A stretch of 64,000 bases of DNA from the human T2T-CHM13v2.0 reference genome, Homo sapiens, in the NCBI RefSeq assembly GCF_009914755.1, contig NC_060942.1. One strand, 5' to 3'. Each line of letters begins with the position of its first letter. Positions within the stretch are counted from its first letter, which is position 1. The translations under genes and the position numbers were made by a program. Positions 57,476 to 64,000 of the stretch are shown piece after piece. Below the pieces are notes generated by a model. It made no database searches. It had not been told where the DNA came from and saw only the letters and a program-made list of their open reading frames with translations.

Positions 57476-57973
57476 TGTAGTAAGCAGAAAAATGGCGCTC
57501 CAAAGAAACCTACATCCCAATCCCTGGAACCTGTGAACATGTTGTACCACATGGCAAAACTGAATTAAGGTTACAGGTGAATTTAAGGTTGCCAACTAGC
57601 TGACCTTGAAATAGATTATTCTGGGTTGTCTGGTTGGGCCCAACATAATCAAAAGGGTCCACATAAGTGATAGAGAGGCAGAAGAATGGTCAGATTGGTG
57701 TGAGAAGGACTCAATCTGCTATTGCTTCTTTGGAAGATGAAGGAAGGGGCCATGAGCCAGGAATGCAGGCAGCCTCTAGAAGCTGGAAAAGTCAAGGAAA
57801 CATTTCCCTAGTAAGCTCCAGAAAGGAATGCAACACTGCTGACACTTTGCTTTTAGCAAAGTGAGGCCTGTAACAGACTTCTGACCTCCAGAACTGGAAT
57901 ATAATAAAGTTGTCTTGTTTTAAACCAGCCAGGTTGTGATATTTTGTTACAGCAGCAATAGGAAACATATACA
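57476..57973 (+). mobile_element. MLT1D-like LTR
   Basis: ATCCCTGGAACCTGTGAA...TTTGTTACAGCAGCAATAGGAAAC. Confidence 0.8.
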
Positions 57974-59861
57974 TGCCATAAAAATTCATGCTTTTGAAGT
58001 ATATGATTCAATGTTTTTAGTATAGTCCCAAAGTTGTATAACTTCACCACTAATTACAGCATAGTTTAATCACACCCCAAATAAGTTCCATTATCAGTCA
58101 CTCCCCAGTGCCTCCACCTCCCAGCCCTTGACCACCGCTAATCCACTTTATATCACTATGGATTTGCCTGTGCAAGATATTTCACATAAAAGGAATCATA
58201 CATGTGTCCTTTTGGGTTTGGCTTCTTTCCCTTACCATAATGTTTTCAAGGTTCATCATGTATCATGGATCAGTACTTCATTTCTTTTTATTGTCAAATA
58301 ATATTCCATCGTATGGCTATATCACATTTTGTCTATTCATCAGTTAATGGACATTTGGCTTGTTTCCACTTTGGGGGCATTCTAAATCATGCTGCTATGA
58401 ACGCTGGTATACAAGTTTTTGTGTGAACATATGTTTCCAATACTTTTGCATATATACTTAGGAGTGGAATTGTTGGATCTTATGGCAACTCTCTGTTTAA
58501 CCTTTTGAGGAACTGCTTAGCTATGCTCCACAGTGGCTGCACAATTTCATATTTTCACCACCAGTGTATGAGGGTTCCAACTTGTCCACATGCTTGCCAA
58601 CACTTATTTTCTATTTTAAAATTATTATTATAGCCATCCTAGTGGTTTTAAGGTGGTATTTCATTGTGGTTTTGACTTGCATTTCCCTAACGATTAATGA
58701 TGTTGGGCATATCTTAAAGTGCTTATCATCCATTTATATTATTTCTTTGGGGAATGTCTATTCAAATTCTTTGTTCATTTTAAAATTGAGCTGTTTGTCT
58801 TTGTATTATTCAGTTGTGAGAGTGCTTTGTGTACTCTGGATACTAGTCTGTTATCAGATATATAATTTGCAAATACTTTCTTCTTCTTAGTGGGTTGTCT
58901 TTTCACTTTTTTGATAGTTACTTTGAAGCATGTAAGTTTTTAATTTTGATGAAGTTCAATTTTTTTTCTTTAGTTGTTTGTGTTTTGGTGTCCTATTTAA
59001 GAAACCACTGCCCAATCCGAGGTCATAAAGATTTATTCCTATTTTTTTCCTGAGAACTTTATGCCCTTAGCTCTTGCATTTAGGTCTTAGATCCATTTTG
59101 AGTTAATTTTTGTATGTGGTATGTGTGGTATGGGTGCAACTTCATCCTTTTTCATGTGGCAATCCAGTTGTCCCAGAACCATTTGTTGAAAAACCCATTC
59201 TGTCCCATTGTATTGTTTTGGCACCTTTGTCAAAAATCAGTTGACCATAAACATATGAATTTATTTCTGGACTTTCAATGTCATTCTGTTGATCAATGTA
59301 TCTGTCCTTATGCCAGTACCACATAGTTTTGATTACTGCAAATTTGTGGTAAGTTTTGAAATCAAGAAGTGTAAATTCTCCAACTTCATTCTTTTCTAAG
59401 ATTGTTTTGGTTATTCTGGGTCCCTTGCATTTCCACATGAATTTTGGAATCAGCTTGTCAGTTTTTCTAAAACAGGCAGCAGTGATTTTGATAGGCATTG
59501 TGCTGAATCTGTAGATCAGTTGGGGGAGTATTGCCACCTTAATATCGTATGTTTTCCAATCCATGGATATAGAATGCCTCTCTGTTTTTTAAAGTCTTTT
59601 TAATTTCTGTCAACAGTGTTTTGTAGTTTTCAGTATACAAGCCTTCAGACTTATTTTGTTAAATTTATTCCTAAGTATTTCATTATTTTTGAGGCTATTG
59701 TAAATGGAATGCCTAATGTTATTTTTGGATTACTCATTGATGCTGTATAGAAATACAGTTGATTTTTGTATATTGATCTTGTATCAATTACAAGGGTTCA
59801 GCAACATTGCTGAAATTGTTTATTATTTATTAGTTCTAATAGTTCCTTTGGTGGTTTCTTT

Positions 59862-60169
<308 letters not shown>

Positions 60170-60629
60170 TGGCTTCTTTAGAATTTTTCTTTTCTTATTT
60201 TTAGGAACAGGATCTTGCTCTGTTGCCCAGGCTGGAATGCAGTAACACAATCACAGCTCACTGCAGCCTTGACTTCCCAGCTTCAAACAGTCCTCCCATC
60301 TCAGTCTCCTGAGTAGGGGGTACTACAGGCATGTGCCATGATGCCTGGCTAATTTTTTAATTTTTGTGTAGCGACGACTTTTGCTTTGTTGCCCAGGCCG
60401 GTAGAATGTTCTTTGTATTATTCATATCATTGGAAAATAAAGATAGCTTTACTTCTTCCTTTCCAATCAGGGTGCTTTTTATTTCATTTTCTTGCCCAAT
60501 TTCCCTGGCTAGAACCTGCGGTACAATATCGAATAGGTGTGGTGAAAATGAACATCTTTGTCTTATTCCTGATTTTAGGGGGAAAATTTTCCATTTTTTA
60601 CCATTTAGTGTGATGTTAGCTATGAGAGT

Positions 60630-60956
60630 TTTGTTGTTGTTGTTTTTTTGAGTCAAGGTCTCACTCGGTTGCCCAGGCTGGAGTACAGTGGCCCAATCAT
60701 GGCTCATTGCAGCCTTGACCTCCTCAGGCTCAGGTGATCCTCCCACCTCAGGTTCCCGAGTAGCTGAGCCCAAATGTGCACACCCCCATGGCTGGCTAAC
60801 TTTTGTGTTGTAGAGATGGGGTTTCACCACGTTGCCCAGGCTGGTCTCAAACTCCTGATTTCAAGCAATCCACCCGCCTTGGCCTCCCAAAGTGCTGGGA
60901 TGAAAAGTGTGGCCCATAGCTGGCCAGGTGCGGGTTTTTCATCCCCGCGCCTGGCC
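60630..60956 (-). mobile_element. AluJ with fold-back rearrangement near its 5' end
   Basis: Antisense dimer; TSD core AGCTATG. Confidence 0.82.
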
Positions 60957-61589
60957 AGCTATGGGTTTTCATAAATGCTCTATATTAGGTTAAGGAAGTT
61001 CCCTTCAATTTCTAGGTTTGTTTTTCTCATGAAAGGATATTGAATTTTTGGTGAATTTTTTTGTGTGTCTATTGAGATGGTCATGTGGGTTTTGCTTTTT
61101 ATTCTATTGATATGGTGTAATTACATTTATTAATTTTCTTTTGTTGAATTGTCTTTCTTAAAAACCATAGTATATATAATTGTTTTGTAGTCTGTATCTG
61201 ATATTTTTAGCATCTGAAATTGTTGCATTTGCTGTTTCTTTCTCAAGGATTCTAGTTTTCTTACATGTTTTGTGACTTTTGACTATAACTGAAGTTACTT
61301 GTAGAAATAATTTGAGATGAGGATGATGGTACCTTCCTCCAGAGAAGATATTTATTTGCCACTTACAAAACAGCAGGAAGTCTCCCTATCCAGGACCACC
61401 TCAAATCATACGAAAGCACTGAGATTTCCTGAACAGCCTAGGTGATTCAAAAGTGGCCTGTAATTTTGCACAAAAGCATTATAATTCACCCCCACTTCAA
61501 GGAAGGTTTCCTCTGACTCCTGTGTGTGGTATCTGTCCCCCTTACCCTGTTAGTTCTCTAAAAGGAAAGTTGGAGTGTTCTGTAATAGG

Positions 61590-62860
<1,271 letters not shown>

Positions 62861-64000
62861 TTCATTTGCAACCCAGTACAGTACCTTTATTAAAATTCAA
62901 CAGTCATCATGGCTGTGGAGTGAAACAGCAAAACAGTTATTACTCTGAGTTTCCCTCCTCAGAAATCATTTAGGAATGGCAAATTGCAAAACTTCCTTGG
63001 GTCATAGATGTCTCCTAAAGGAGGGCAATACTTAATAACATAGTTTTATACATGGAAACATAATGAAATTTCCTAAGTAATTTGCAAGGCTGCTGTAACA
63101 CTATCATGCACATAGTCACATTTATTTTAAAATAATGCTTTGTTTTATAGAGCACTAAGAGGAACTCAGAATAAGGAGACTGAACTTCTAACATTATTAA
63201 AATGTGGCTCCAATTACAGTTAACAAAAGATATTTTCCCTGCTGAAGGAACTGCCTTATAGTGACAGTGACCACCTTTCTATAGTGCTATAGAAAGAGAG
63301 ACACTCTTTCCTCTGAGATAATGAAGGCTGGAGAGGAATACAGATTTTATACATTTCCAAATTGTTTCCCACACAAGACAGCCAAGGAGCGTAAGTAGTA
63401 GATTCTCCTTTTCCTGTATCAGAAATCAACTTACTAATCCTAGCAACAAAATAGCTCACATTTCATAGGCACTTGATACTACTGTGACAAGTGCCTCATA
63501 CACACCATCCCACTGAATCCTCTCTGCAGACAGGAAGTGCCTGTTAACCATTGAGCTAGGGCTGAGCTCCTCTCCAGGATTCATTCCTTTTGTGCTTCAG
63601 AGCATCCTGGAGGCTGGAGGCTTGCTCCTCAGTGGCTTCAGGAGCAGAGGCCTCTCCTAGGTCCTAGGAGTCTGCCATGGGGGCTTCTTCCAGGGCTTCT
63701 TTGCCCAGGACCAAGAAAATCTTCATCGAATTGGACAGTATGAAGATCCTTGGTCCCCTTTCCTAGAACTGTTTACAGGGAAGGCTTTGAGTGAACGTGA
63801 AGATTGCAATCAGCTGATGACTAAATTAGAGGAGCAGAAAGGAGGCATTAAGTAGAGACGTTTGTGATAGGATAAGACTCTGAAACAGCAACTTCTGATG
63901 ATGCTGTTCTCAGTAAATTTCCTTCTCACCTCATAGCCTTTCTATCACTCAAGTCATGAGCCTGAAGTGGGTATTGTTTCAAGGGACAGAAAAGCTTAGA

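Overview
Human (primate) genomic DNA, recognisable as the 18q12 SCAN zinc-finger cluster. Two complete protein-coding genes lie on the minus strand, each with a CpG-island promoter: ZNF24 (ZNF191; 4 exons, 368 aa, SCAN + 4 C2H2 fingers) and its tandem paralog ZNF396 (4 exons, 335 aa, SCAN + 3 C2H2 fingers). The rest is mostly transposon-derived: a 5.65-kb deleted HERV-H provirus with two LTR7-type LTRs and a perfect His-tRNA PBS, an MST retroelement nested in MLT1 nested in L1, a near-full HSMAR2 mariner, ERVL integrase remnants, Tigger3/MER58, many Alus (one AluYa5) and an RPL7A processed pseudogene. I see no new multi-gene system. The most unusual signals are: (1) a clear fossil SCAN exon at about 62.5-62.9 kb, plus weaker SCAN-gene fossils at about 12 kb and 63.6 kb; (2) several short locally templated insertions copied from 1-2 kb away or by fold-back, including a two-switch event inside an Alu and a copy of ZNF24 exon 3 in intron 1; (3) a twin-priming-type 5'-inverted Alu; (4) a co-oriented HERV-H able in principle to splice into ZNF24 exon 2; (5) decayed zinc fingers in the ZNF396 3' UTR; (6) a promoter module shared by both genes. 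All alignments and counts were done by eye, and repeat subfamily calls are from memory of consensus sequences.
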